Assembly: GCA_001785355.1 (NCBI GenBank)
Contig: MFTQ01000021.1
Location: 4,033 to 68,032, forward strand
Reading direction: 5' to 3'
DNA from: Candidatus Nomurabacteria bacterium RIFCSPHIGHO2_01_FULL_41_71
GTDB taxonomy: Bacteria > Patescibacteriota > Minisyncoccia > Phycocordibacterales > UBA9973
Length of the DNA: 64,000 bases
The notes under the pieces were generated by a model that saw nothing but the letters and a program-made list of their open reading frames with translations, did not search any database and was not told the origin of the DNA. Below, piece after piece: positions 26,612-35,888 of the stretch. The position numbers and the translations under genes are program-made. Each line of letters begins with the position of its first letter. Position 1 is the stretch's first letter.

Positions 26612-28567
26612 ATGTTCGTCGTAAACAGATCTCACCACAATCCCATTCTTGTGCCTGATCGAGACCATTACTGGGAAGCGTATGCGACTTTCAATATGAG
26701 CGTGATTAAAAAAGGCGCGATATTTTTCGGCATCTACCGGGCTGTGTCCGCGCCGGATCATCTTCGCACTCCGGAACAAATCTCTATTATTGGCATAGGC
26801 AAGAGCAAGGACGGAGCGCACTTTGAAGATCGAGCACCCTTTATCGTTCCCACGGAAGAATGGGAAAAGTATGGCTGTGAAGATCCGCGCATAACTTACT
26901 TTGAAGGACAATACTATATTTTCTATACCGCTCTTTCGAAGTATCCCTTCGAGTCGGACGGTATTAAAGTCGCTGTCGCCGTGTCTTCGGATTTAAAGAA
27001 AATTCAAGAAAGGCATCCGGTAACGCCTTTCAATGCCAAAGCGATGTCACTTTTTTCGGAGCGTATCAATGGCAAGATTACCGCGATTCTTACAACCAAC
27101 ACTGACACTCCCCCCGCGAGGATTGCTTTGGCACAGGTTGATAGAATGGAAGAATTTTGGGATCCTGCTTTCTGGGAAAAGTGGTATGCCAATATAGACA
27201 AATATACCATTGACTTGAGAAGGGACCCTTTGGATCATGTCGAAGCGGGCGCTCCTCCCGTTAAAACTCCGCATGGGTGGCTCATCCTCTACTCTCATAT
27301 TCAAAATTATTTCTCCGGCGGAAACCCGGATCGCGTGTTCGGGATTGAGGCGGTGATTTTGGATTTGAATGATCCGTTCAAGGTTGTAGGGAGCACCCGC
27401 GGTCCGGTGCTGGTGCCGAGAGAGCCCTATGAACTTCTGGGACATGTGTCGAATGTGGTTTTCCCATCCGGATCAATTTTAAAAAAGTCTTCTCGGTCGG
27501 CCACCGGTGATACCCTTCTTATATATTACGGCGCTACCGACATGACTGTGTGCGTAGCTTCCGTAAACCTGGATGATCTTCTGGAAACCATCCGTCCGGA
27601 GACTAACTCGCGTCTGTGTTTCAAACGTTTTGCCAAAAACCCCGTTATTATACCGAACTCGAAGCATGCCTGGGAAGCGAAAGCGACTTTTAATCCCGCG
27701 GCTCTGCGTCTTGGACGGACTACTCACATATTATATCGAGCTCTTTCGGACGACAATGTCTCCAGTATCGGGTACGCATCTAGTAAAGATGGATTTAATG
27801 TGGGCAAGCGGGAGATAAATCCGATATATATCCCGAAAGAAAATTTTGAGATAAAAAAAGTAGCTGAAGGAAATTCCGGTTGTGAAGACCCGCGTATAAC
27901 CAAGATCGGCAAAACCATTTACATGTGCTACACGGCTTTCGATGGCATCGGTCCGCCTCGAGTCGCCATTACTTCCATTAAAGAGCGCGATTTTCTAGTG
28001 AAAAATTGGAAATGGGAGAAGCCGGTCCTTATAACTCCGGAGGGTTTCGATGACAAGGATACCTGTATTTTTCCTCAGAAAATAAACGGAGAATATTTTA
28101 TTTTACATCGGGTAGAGAATGAAATGTGCGGAGATTATTTCAAGACGCTTGATTTCAGAAAAGAGACGGTCAAGAAATGCATTCGGATTATCGGCCCGAG
28201 GATCAACACCTGGGACAGCGCCAAGGTGGGCATCTGCGCTCCTCCGATAAAGACCAAGTATGGCTGGCTACTCCTGTATCACGGAGTTTCCAAGAGTCAT
28301 AATACATATCGGATAGGAGCTGTTCTGCTTGATCTGAAAGATCCGGCTATCGTGCTCTCGCGCACCGCCGACCCGATATTCGAGCCGATGGAGATATATG
28401 AGAGGGAGGGGATCGTAAACAACGTCATCTTCCCGTGCGGAATGGTTGAAAAGGACGGCCTGCTTTTTATATATTACGGAGGCGCGGACAAAGTGGTCGG
28501 AGTGGCGACCATGGAGCTCAATCTTCTTATGCGGACTTTGACCAGAAATCTCCGCCCAAAGAAATAG
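26612..28567 (+). CDS. Tandem two-domain GH130-family protein
   Basis: Two copies of FN..YRA..GCEDPRIT..YYG. Confidence 0.88.
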   Translation: MFVVNRSHHNPILVPDRDHYWEAYATFNMSVIKKGAIFFGIYRAVSAPDHLRTPEQISIIGIGKSKDGAHFEDRAPFIVPTEEWEKYGCEDPRITYFEGQYYIFYTALSKYPFESDGIKVAVAVSSDLKKIQERHPVTPFNAKAMSLFSERINGKITAILTTNTDTPPARIALAQVDRMEEFWDPAFWEKWYANIDKYTIDLRRDPLDHVEAGAPPVKTPHGWLILYSHIQNYFSGGNPDRVFGIEAVILDLNDPFKVVGSTRGPVLVPREPYELLGHVSNVVFPSGSILKKSSRSATGDTLLIYYGATDMTVCVASVNLDDLLETIRPETNSRLCFKRFAKNPVIIPNSKHAWEAKATFNPAALRLGRTTHILYRALSDDNVSSIGYASSKDGFNVGKREINPIYIPKENFEIKKVAEGNSGCEDPRITKIGKTIYMCYTAFDGIGPPRVAITSIKERDFLVKNWKWEKPVLITPEGFDDKDTCIFPQKINGEYFILHRVENEMCGDYFKTLDFRKETVKKCIRIIGPRINTWDSAKVGICAPPIKTKYGWLLLYHGVSKSHNTYRIGAVLLDLKDPAIVLSRTADPIFEPMEIYEREGIVNNVIFPCGMVEKDGLLFIYYGGADKVVGVATMELNLLMRTLTRNLRPKK

Positions 28568-28674
28568 GATTTGTGTTTTTAAAACAGATTTCTTTAGGTG
28601 AACCCAAGAGTTGGCTTTCCGAACTCATAAAAGAATCTCAAGGGATAAAATTAAGTATATCAGAATTACAAAGT

Positions 28675-29214
28675 TTAGCTTTCCTTGCCGTCTAGCCCTT
28701 CTCCTAGAGTGATTTTCCCCAAAGCTGGATTAAAACTAACAGTTCCTAAATCGGTCTCTACTTTTGTTTTATCTTTTATCTCCATTTCCTTATCAACATT
28801 TAATTTCAAACCTGTGATACTGCCTCCGGAGCGGGAATCTTTTATGGCTATATCTACCGGTTTTTCAAAAATCTTCTGCACAGAATCATCGGAGGTTCGG
28901 CCATCCAATCCAGTAATGTCTCCTTCTGCCACAACATTAGAAATTAAAATTTTCAGGCCCGGTTCTACATTACTGATGTCTTCTCCATTCAGTTTATTAT
29001 CAATGGCAATGACCAACTCCAAAACTTTCTCCAAAGAGAGTTTCTGGCGCTCTATTTCAATAGCTTCTTTTGAGCCGACTAATACTCCATATAGAGCATC
29101 AAGGCCCGGCGCAAGGCCCAGTAATTTCTCAATAGCATTTTTATTGCGAATAGATTTTTCTCGCTTTTTTAGCTCAATTTCAATTTGTTTTTCTATATCT
29201 TCTTTTGTCTTCAT
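28675..29214 (-). CDS. Hypothetical protein (island operon gene 5)
   Basis: 179-aa ORF co-oriented with the operon; repeated ITGL motif. Confidence 0.65.
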   Translation of the reverse strand: MKTKEDIEKQIEIELKKREKSIRNKNAIEKLLGLAPGLDALYGVLVGSKEAIEIERQKLSLEKVLELVIAIDNKLNGEDISNVEPGLKILISNVVAEGDITGLDGRTSDDSVQKIFEKPVDIAIKDSRSGGSITGLKLNVDKEMEIKDKTKVETDLGTVSFNPALGKITLGEGLDGKES

Positions 29215-29254
29215 TTTTCTAGTTTAGCATTAACAGAAATAAAGTCATTCTTGG

Positions 29255-29878
29255 CTAAAATTTTTCAATAAATAATTCACCTACTATCTTTGTGGTGTTT
29301 TTTTCTCCACCTAATTCAAAACACCAATGAGGGCGGTCATTGATCCCAATTATGGATAGATTTTTTATCCAAAAATCAGCTGGTTTTTCAAGGGTCATTA
29401 TTGCTTTTATAGAGGTCTTAAACTTGCCCTTATTTTCAAGAGGAAAAACTAATGGCTTATTTTGTAAAAAGTAAGTCAAAGCACCGGCAATGGTTTTCCA
29501 ATTTTCATGATTGCTAAAAAGTTCCATGTTAAGGTCGTTTTCTTGAAAAAGAGAAGCTAGTTCTTTTCTTAAAGAATTTAAGCCAATTATTTTTGATATT
29601 TCACCATGCAGAGCTCTTGCATCAGATTTCCAGTATTTGGATAAAGCATTAGTTATATCGCGAAAAATCGCCAATCGCATGTCTGAAGGCCGGTCTAATT
29701 TTGTATGCACTATCCAGTCGCTATAGAATTCTATGGTTTTATATTTTGAAATGTCTGGGTGATTTTCAATTAAGTGTCGCGCTTGAACCATAAGGAAAAT
29801 GATGTCTTGTTTTTCTATATAACCGCCTCGTTCTGAAACCCTACTAAACCATTCCTTTATGTGATCTTTTGTAGTCAT
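29255..29878 (-). CDS. Hypothetical protein (island operon gene 4)
   Basis: 207-aa ORF; FYSDWIVHTKLD. Confidence 0.7.
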   Translation of the reverse strand: MTTKDHIKEWFSRVSERGGYIEKQDIIFLMVQARHLIENHPDISKYKTIEFYSDWIVHTKLDRPSDMRLAIFRDITNALSKYWKSDARALHGEISKIIGLNSLRKELASLFQENDLNMELFSNHENWKTIAGALTYFLQNKPLVFPLENKGKFKTSIKAIMTLEKPADFWIKNLSIIGINDRPHWCFELGGEKNTTKIVGELFIEKF

Positions 29879-29894
29879 AATAAAAATCTTTGAA

Positions 29895-30353
29895 TTACCC
29901 TATAATTTTATATTTTGCTTTTGCTTTTACTCCAAGTCGCCTATTTTGTATGTAATAGAAATCTATTATTCTGTCATTGTATGCTTCTTTGAGGATTGTT
30001 TTTACCTGTTCAGGTTCTTTGAGTATTTGTTGGTTAGTAAAACGAACAAACAAAACGCCTTTCCTTTTTCTTCCTATTTCCTGTTCTCGTTCAAAATCTT
30101 TTATTTGTTGATTTGTGTTATTGTGATATTCCCCGTCTATTTCAAAAATCATTTTTATTCTTGGGATGTAAAAGTCCATAATACGCACACTGCCTTTTTT
30201 CCTGCTAGTTATCATGCCTTTTTGGAAACGAAATGGTATATTCAGTTCTTCTAAAAATCCCTTAAATATAAGTTCTGCAGTGGTTGGATTATTTTTCAAT
30301 CTATACTGTGCCCAGAGTAATTTTGAAACAGGGCTTCTTGTTTTATTGTTCAT
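29895..30353 (-). CDS. DUF559/Vsr-like endonuclease
   Basis: FRFQ, MDFY, FEIDGEYH, KDFERE, VRFTN. Confidence 0.85.
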   Translation of the reverse strand: MNNKTRSPVSKLLWAQYRLKNNPTTAELIFKGFLEELNIPFRFQKGMITSRKKGSVRIMDFYIPRIKMIFEIDGEYHNNTNQQIKDFEREQEIGRKRKGVLFVRFTNQQILKEPEQVKTILKEAYNDRIIDFYYIQNRRLGVKAKAKYKIIG

Positions 30354-30361
30354 TTGTTTAA

Positions 30362-31720
30362 TTAAAAAGGTATTTCAAAGTCGTCATCATCTTCATTTTC
30401 TGCTTCTGCCCATATCTTAATTAGATTATTTTTAATATCTTCCTTTTTAGAAGGTTCAATAGAGTTAATTTCTTCCCTAGCTTCTTTTGAAAGTGATTTT
30501 AGTCCCTCATCTTGTTCCTTAATTTCACTGCTTATCTTTAGAGACATTTCATTCAAACCCATTAACTTGATCCCAGAAAGTGAACGCACGCGAGATAAAG
30601 CAACATAACCCATTCCCTCCGCAAATGCTTTGCTCAAGTCAATTTCAGCATAATCAAGCGTCATTCCTTGACTCTTGTGGACCGTAATAGCCCAAGCAAG
30701 ACGAAGCGGAATCTGACTGATTCCGGCTAGAACAATATCATCTTCTTCAAATTCCCAACTGGTTGGACTTGCAATGATGTTGCCATTGCGGGTTTTAACA
30801 ATGGGATAATTGCTATCCTTATCAAAATCAATGACCATACCTAAAGTTCCATTTACATACCCACGATCAAAATTGTTTTTTACAAACATTACCAAAGCCC
30901 CCTTTTTTACTTCTAAAGTTTCAGGGGCCAAGCAATCATCCTTTAGAATTTTTACTAAATCAGATTCTCCCCAAGATGTCATTTTGTAGAAGTTGGGAGG
31001 TTCGTCTATTTGCGCAAGTTCAAAAGCATTGATGGCATCAACATCTGCATTGTGGGTATAGAGTTTTGTCGGTTTCAGTATTCCCTCAATGTTTTTTTGA
31101 TACCTTTCCATCAGGTGGCTAAATGTTTCTTTATTAACAGCATCTTCTCGTATGGAATTTAGAATTGCTAAAAAGCGCAAATCTTCTTGACGATACTGTT
31201 TTTCTAAATAACAGACAGTAAATCTTGCTCTATGCCAAGCATTTGAAGCAAAAATAAATTCTGGTTTAGGTTCTCCTTTTTTGTAAACCGGAGGAAGCTG
31301 AAAAAGGTCTCCACTCAATACAACTTGAAGCCCTCCAAATGCAGATTCATTTTTTCTAATAGAGCGACAAACTTTTTCCACAAGGTCAATTACTCTTGCT
31401 TCCAACATTGAAACTTCATCAATTATGAGAACTTTGGCTTTCAATACTCGCGCTTGTATATTTTGACTATTAATAATTTTATAGAAATCTTTATTTTCAA
31501 GAGTTTTCTTCTTTCCAACACCAGACCACGAATGAATTGTTCGTCCGTTCATGTGAGTCGCGGCAATACCCGTGCTAGCAGTCACCGCAACGGGAATTCT
31601 GTTCTTTTTTAGATAAGCAATGTAGGAATTTAGAACATATGTTTTTCCACTCCCGGCTGGTCCAGTAAGAAAAACATTATGCCCCATCTTCAATACATCA
31701 AGGGTTTCTTCTTGGGTCAT
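30362..31720 (-). CDS. PIF1-family SF1B DNA helicase
   Basis: TGPAGSGKT, IIDEVSM, GDLFQLPPV, AITVHKSQGMTL, YVALSRV. Confidence 0.93.
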   Translation of the reverse strand: MTQEETLDVLKMGHNVFLTGPAGSGKTYVLNSYIAYLKKNRIPVAVTASTGIAATHMNGRTIHSWSGVGKKKTLENKDFYKIINSQNIQARVLKAKVLIIDEVSMLEARVIDLVEKVCRSIRKNESAFGGLQVVLSGDLFQLPPVYKKGEPKPEFIFASNAWHRARFTVCYLEKQYRQEDLRFLAILNSIREDAVNKETFSHLMERYQKNIEGILKPTKLYTHNADVDAINAFELAQIDEPPNFYKMTSWGESDLVKILKDDCLAPETLEVKKGALVMFVKNNFDRGYVNGTLGMVIDFDKDSNYPIVKTRNGNIIASPTSWEFEEDDIVLAGISQIPLRLAWAITVHKSQGMTLDYAEIDLSKAFAEGMGYVALSRVRSLSGIKLMGLNEMSLKISSEIKEQDEGLKSLSKEAREEINSIEPSKKEDIKNNLIKIWAEAENEDDDDFEIPF

Positions 31721-31724
31721 ATAA

Positions 31725-33998
31725 TCATTTACTTTTAGCTGGAATGATATTTTCTTGATCGTTCAACTTTATTATTACTGGTTGTCTCAACATAAGACCC
31801 TTACCAATTCCAATAGCGTGTCTTTCCTCAAGAGTAGAGAGTGTATCTGCGTAGTCACGGCCGATATAATTTTCTAAGAAAGTTTTACCAGTATCATCAA
31901 ATACACGAAGAGCAAAAATTGTATTACATTGGTTTAATATACTCTTACTAACATTTGCTGTTCTTTGGGTAATAATCAAACTTCCCAAACCGAATTTTCT
32001 TCCTTGCAAAATAACCTTAGCGATTCCATTTGTTGCACCTTCGTCTCCTTTATTTGCAACGGAATTCCATTCTGGAACAAGTGAGTGAGCTTCTTCAAAT
32101 ACTAGCAGGTATTTAGCATCTTTTGACTGACCTTTTGCTTTTGCGTTTTCAAGGATAATCTCTGATATTATTCTTGTTTTTTCCACCAGAGAAAGGTCGG
32201 CCATTGGTGCTTGATCTTGCCAATCATTTTGGCCCGCTCCCACTTTCTTCGGTTTTACATCGTTAGTTTGTTTGCTTACATCATAATCTTCTGGATTTAT
32301 TATTAAGAGCCGGTCACCATTGTCAAAAAAAGCATTGAGTAATTCAGTTATTTTTTGCCTAAAATTCCCATGATTTCCGCCACGATGCACATCTTTATTT
32401 ATTGTCGTATAGTTGGTTGATAACTCGGATATTAAATCTTTATCGGAAAGCACTACAGGAGAACAACCATAACCTGTCAGCGCATCAAAGTATTCTCCTG
32501 TAATATCAAAACAAACAACTTTTGCTTCAGTGCCACTTAAAACTTTTTGTATGAGTTCAAAAGTCAGACATGATTTTCCTATGCCTAAAATTCCAAGAAC
32601 AGCTGTATTGTGAGTCACAACAGAGTTGATGTCTTTCAATGGTATTTCATAATCAGTATTTGGAAGATGTCCAATTGATTCCTTTGCGCACTTTCTTTTT
32701 TGTTCATCGGTCATTTTTGGATTATTTATAAAGAATAGTGGAGAATAAACGGAGGGAACCCATCTACTAACATCAAGAATTTTTGTTGCTTTGTCATAGT
32801 TTCCCAATTTCCGAGCCACGCCAACAACGAATCCATGAGAGTCAAAATTCTCAAGATGTTCTTCTTTTGTATTCCCGTTTATAACTTGATATAAAGTTTC
32901 TTTTCCATAAATTTCTGTTTTCAAAACAAAACCCTCTGATATTTGTTTTTCCTTTTCATCAACATTGCCGATAATAGAAAAATTTATAGTGCTGATATTG
33001 GAACCCGTTGTGACATATCCAATAAATGTATTCCTTTCTTTATATAAAGTGTTGTCGTTTATTTTCTTCCTTTCTTCTTCCGGCAAGGATGTCAATTCAA
33101 TTGAATATGCGCAGTTCTTTTGAGAAAAGATTGATTTGGGGTCGGAAATAATCTTCTTGGAACGAAGGTCAATTTTCACAGGCACACCTGTCTCGTCTCT
33201 TAACAAATAAATACTTAGCCATCTCTTACTAAGAAGATGTTTTTTATCAACAACCATACCAATTGAACCCACATTTTGACTTGTCTCAATTGCCACCAAG
33301 TCACCGTATTTTACATTGGGTGCTTGAGTATTTTTTTGTAAATCTATTTCAACTCTATAAAAAAATGGGTTTTCGCAACCGATTGCTGTTCCCAATTCTT
33401 CTGTTCCCTTTGGATTAAACAAATTAAATAATCCTATAGCTTTTTTGACAATCAATCCGCCTAAGTCAAAAAATACTAGGACTACCCAGAAAGCAATCGC
33501 GATTATGAAATTTAGGTAGTTATTGGGGATGGCAAAATAAGAATAACTAGCGGAAAGATAAACTATAGAAAATAAAACTTCTGCCTTACCTAATATTCCT
33601 ACGAGTTTATATGCCAATTGACTGGCCTTTTTTAATTTTTCCCTGTGAGTATCTTTCGTGGCAATACAAAAAATACTTCCTAAAAAAACTAACAGTGTAT
33701 AGCAAAGTATCGGTGTATATGCCCATAGAGCTGATTTATTTGATAAGCTAATCATTCCAGCAAGAACAGCGATTGAATTGGCTAGTGCGTCAGATGGTTT
33801 TGTAAAATATGTTTCTATCACATATTTACCTAAAACAATCATCAGTGCGCCGGAGAAAAACCATATAGTATTGTCGTTAGATGCTTTACCCAACAAAGAA
33901 TCAAAATCTCCACCTATTATTTTGTAAATAACAACAAGAGCTATAAAATATAGAGTAGCGACCAGCAATCTTTCTCGTTGTTTTAGGTCAAATTTCAT
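31725..33998 (-). CDS. HerA/DUF87-like ATPase with N-terminal multi-transmembrane domain
   Basis: About six transmembrane segments in the first ~185 aa; HNTAVLGILGIGKS, FEEAH, GRKFGLG..ITQR. Confidence 0.87.
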   Translation of the reverse strand: MKFDLKQRERLLVATLYFIALVVIYKIIGGDFDSLLGKASNDNTIWFFSGALMIVLGKYVIETYFTKPSDALANSIAVLAGMISLSNKSALWAYTPILCYTLLVFLGSIFCIATKDTHREKLKKASQLAYKLVGILGKAEVLFSIVYLSASYSYFAIPNNYLNFIIAIAFWVVLVFFDLGGLIVKKAIGLFNLFNPKGTEELGTAIGCENPFFYRVEIDLQKNTQAPNVKYGDLVAIETSQNVGSIGMVVDKKHLLSKRWLSIYLLRDETGVPVKIDLRSKKIISDPKSIFSQKNCAYSIELTSLPEEERKKINDNTLYKERNTFIGYVTTGSNISTINFSIIGNVDEKEKQISEGFVLKTEIYGKETLYQVINGNTKEEHLENFDSHGFVVGVARKLGNYDKATKILDVSRWVPSVYSPLFFINNPKMTDEQKRKCAKESIGHLPNTDYEIPLKDINSVVTHNTAVLGILGIGKSCLTFELIQKVLSGTEAKVVCFDITGEYFDALTGYGCSPVVLSDKDLISELSTNYTTINKDVHRGGNHGNFRQKITELLNAFFDNGDRLLIINPEDYDVSKQTNDVKPKKVGAGQNDWQDQAPMADLSLVEKTRIISEIILENAKAKGQSKDAKYLLVFEEAHSLVPEWNSVANKGDEGATNGIAKVILQGRKFGLGSLIITQRTANVSKSILNQCNTIFALRVFDDTGKTFLENYIGRDYADTLSTLEERHAIGIGKGLMLRQPVIIKLNDQENIIPAKSK

Positions 33999-34070
33999 AA
34001 ATTATTTTTCTGCTATTATCAACTCAAAATACCATAAAAAAGATAAATAATCTATAGAAAATATAGCTAT

Positions 34071-34499
34071 CTATTTTAGAAAGAAGCTAGAGATAAACCA
34101 TATGGAATACAAGAAAAAAACACTATTCAAGACAGCGAGAGAAAGTATTGAGTAATTGAGAAATGATTTTCTGCTCGCTGTTTCTTTTCTAACTTTAAGA
34201 CAGAACCATAAGGCCAAAGTCCACAGCAAAGGAGGTAAGAAGTATGGCAAATCTAGAAGAAAGGTGGGCGAAAATCCAAAGTAGTGATCTTGACCCGTAT
34301 AGATTAACTGGCCGGAAAAGATGTGGAAGTATTTATCCGCAAGACCGGGAGTAATGATGAATATAAATACAGGTAAAACAGTAAGCAAAATACTAACGAG
34401 TAGATTCTTAAATTGTTTTTTATTTTCCATGTGATTGTCGTGTTCTTCTTGCAACACCTTTATAGTTAATTTTTTTAATTTTTCTATGTCTTCACTCAT
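34071..34499 (-). CDS. Hypothetical membrane protein
   Basis: 142 aa with three hydrophobic segments. Confidence 0.6.
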   Translation of the reverse strand: MSEDIEKLKKLTIKVLQEEHDNHMENKKQFKNLLVSILLTVLPVFIFIITPGLADKYFHIFSGQLIYTGQDHYFGFSPTFLLDLPYFLPPLLWTLALWFCLKVRKETASRKSFLNYSILSLAVLNSVFFLYSIWFISSFFLK

Positions 34500-34607
34500 T
34501 TGGATAATTAGAATTATGGGGTAGCCATGTATCTAGCGCAAAGGGAAAAATTATTGCACTGATTAAGAGTAGAAGCACGATAATTTCCCACAGGTTCTGC
34601 GGAGGCC

Positions 34608-34811
34608 TCATGGCTTCTTTGTTATAGTTCGGTAAAGCCACACAAGACCACATATAAGCCCTAAAAGGGCCACTATGCTACCTATAACCTCAAAAAGCGG
34701 ATAACCTGCAATGCTTAAAACATACCCTCCTAAAAGCCCAGTGATGGCATTTCGGCCATAATCCTTGCGTGTCATTTGCTTGAATGACAAAAAGCGTTTT
34801 TTGTTTTCCAT
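34608..34811 (-). CDS. Small two-transmembrane hypothetical protein
   Basis: 67 aa with two hydrophobic segments. Confidence 0.55.
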   Translation of the reverse strand: MENKKRFLSFKQMTRKDYGRNAITGLLGGYVLSIAGYPLFEVIGSIVALLGLICGLVWLYRTITKKP

Positions 34812-34852
34812 TTCGCGTGGTTTTTAATGCTAGTAATAGCGGAGTTGATAGC

Positions 34853-34950
34853 AAAAATGGCTACACAAGACCGCGACAATTCCTTTCGGAACTGCCCTGC
34901 ACCCTTTCGGGCACAGACCACGCGAGTAGGCGGCTTGTGTAGCCGTTTTT
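34853..34950 (-). ncRNA. Candidate structured RNA or leader: long closing stem plus two GAAA-capped hairpins
   Basis: Minus strand AAAAACGGCTACACAAG/CTTGTGTAGCCATTTTT, GCCC-GAAA-GGGT, GTTCC-GAAA-GGAAT. Confidence 0.45.
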
Positions 34951-35158
34951 ACCCGCGTGGATTTATTTTCACCATGCCATTTTACCGGTTTAGGTGTTGT
35001 AATTTCATAGTAGCTCTTTTTTGACCTAAAAACAACACAACTTGCATACTAAATTTGGTATGCTACAATTAAAGTAATTGAATATGGAATGATAGATCGG
35101 CCACATGGTTTAATTGCAAGTTTTGCAGTTAAGTCGGCCGTTTTTTTATTTAATATAC

Positions 35159-35608
35159 ATGAAAATAAGGGTAATAAAAAAAGGAAATAGAGAAAAGCCA
35201 AAGGTGAAAATCATCAAGCGTTCTCCTACTTTCAAGCAATCCCGTGTTATTGCAATTGTGCGGGAAAATGCGGGAAAGGTGGGGAGTAAGGCAGAGGTCT
35301 TGAGGCAAGCAGGATATGGCCCGGACGCAGTGAATAATCCGGAAAGAGTTTTTAACTCTCCGGCTGTCAAAGAAGCGCTTGATCCGATTGTGAGAAAAAT
35401 GAGAGAAATTCGCACAAAAGTTTTAGATGCACTTGATGAGAAAGATTTCAGTAAAGAAAGTGCCTTCAACCTCACTATGATTTCCGGGATGCTGACGAAA
35501 GATTCCGAGCTGTTAGATGGGAGACCAACCTCAAGGGACGGCTACCAGATAACGGAATCGGAAAAAGAACACATAAGACGATTATTGGAAAAGAACAGAA
35601 AAAAATAG
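35159..35608 (+). CDS. Hypothetical DNA-binding protein, terminase small subunit-like N-terminus
   Basis: AEVLRQAGYG..AVNNPERVFNSPAVKEAL resembles the TerS 'AGYS..A' helix-turn-helix. Confidence 0.45.
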   Translation: MKIRVIKKGNREKPKVKIIKRSPTFKQSRVIAIVRENAGKVGSKAEVLRQAGYGPDAVNNPERVFNSPAVKEALDPIVRKMREIRTKVLDALDEKDFSKESAFNLTMISGMLTKDSELLDGRPTSRDGYQITESEKEHIRRLLEKNRKK

Positions 35609-35662
35609 CTAGAACAATATGAAAAAGATTTTTACAAAAGAATTAGTTCGGCCACAAGGACC

Positions 35663-35878
35663 ATGACCCTCCGAAGCCCGCAAGACGGGCTTCGGGAATC
35701 TAATAATGGATTAAGTGGCAATAAAAAGTCATTTTATTCCTCGCAAGAAATACAAAACATCTCGGGTTTAGGAGATGTATTGCGCAGTATACGCGCTCGG
35801 CTTATAAGAGACGGGGTATCCCTTGATAAAGAGCGCAGGAAGATTTTGCTTAAAAGAAAAAAGTTGGCTATTATATAA
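35663..35878 (+). CDS. Small protein directly upstream of the recombinase
   Basis: 71-aa ORF; contains a palindrome at 35671-35695; start uncertain. Confidence 0.45.
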   Translation: MTLRSPQDGLRESNNGLSGNKKSFYSSQEIQNISGLGDVLRSIRARLIRDGVSLDKERRKILLKRKKLAII

Positions 35879-35888
35879 GTATAATCAC

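Noticed and set aside
28685-29227. 180-aa plus-strand ORF
   Set aside because: Antisense shadow of 28675-29214, which is co-oriented with the operon and has a more protein-like composition
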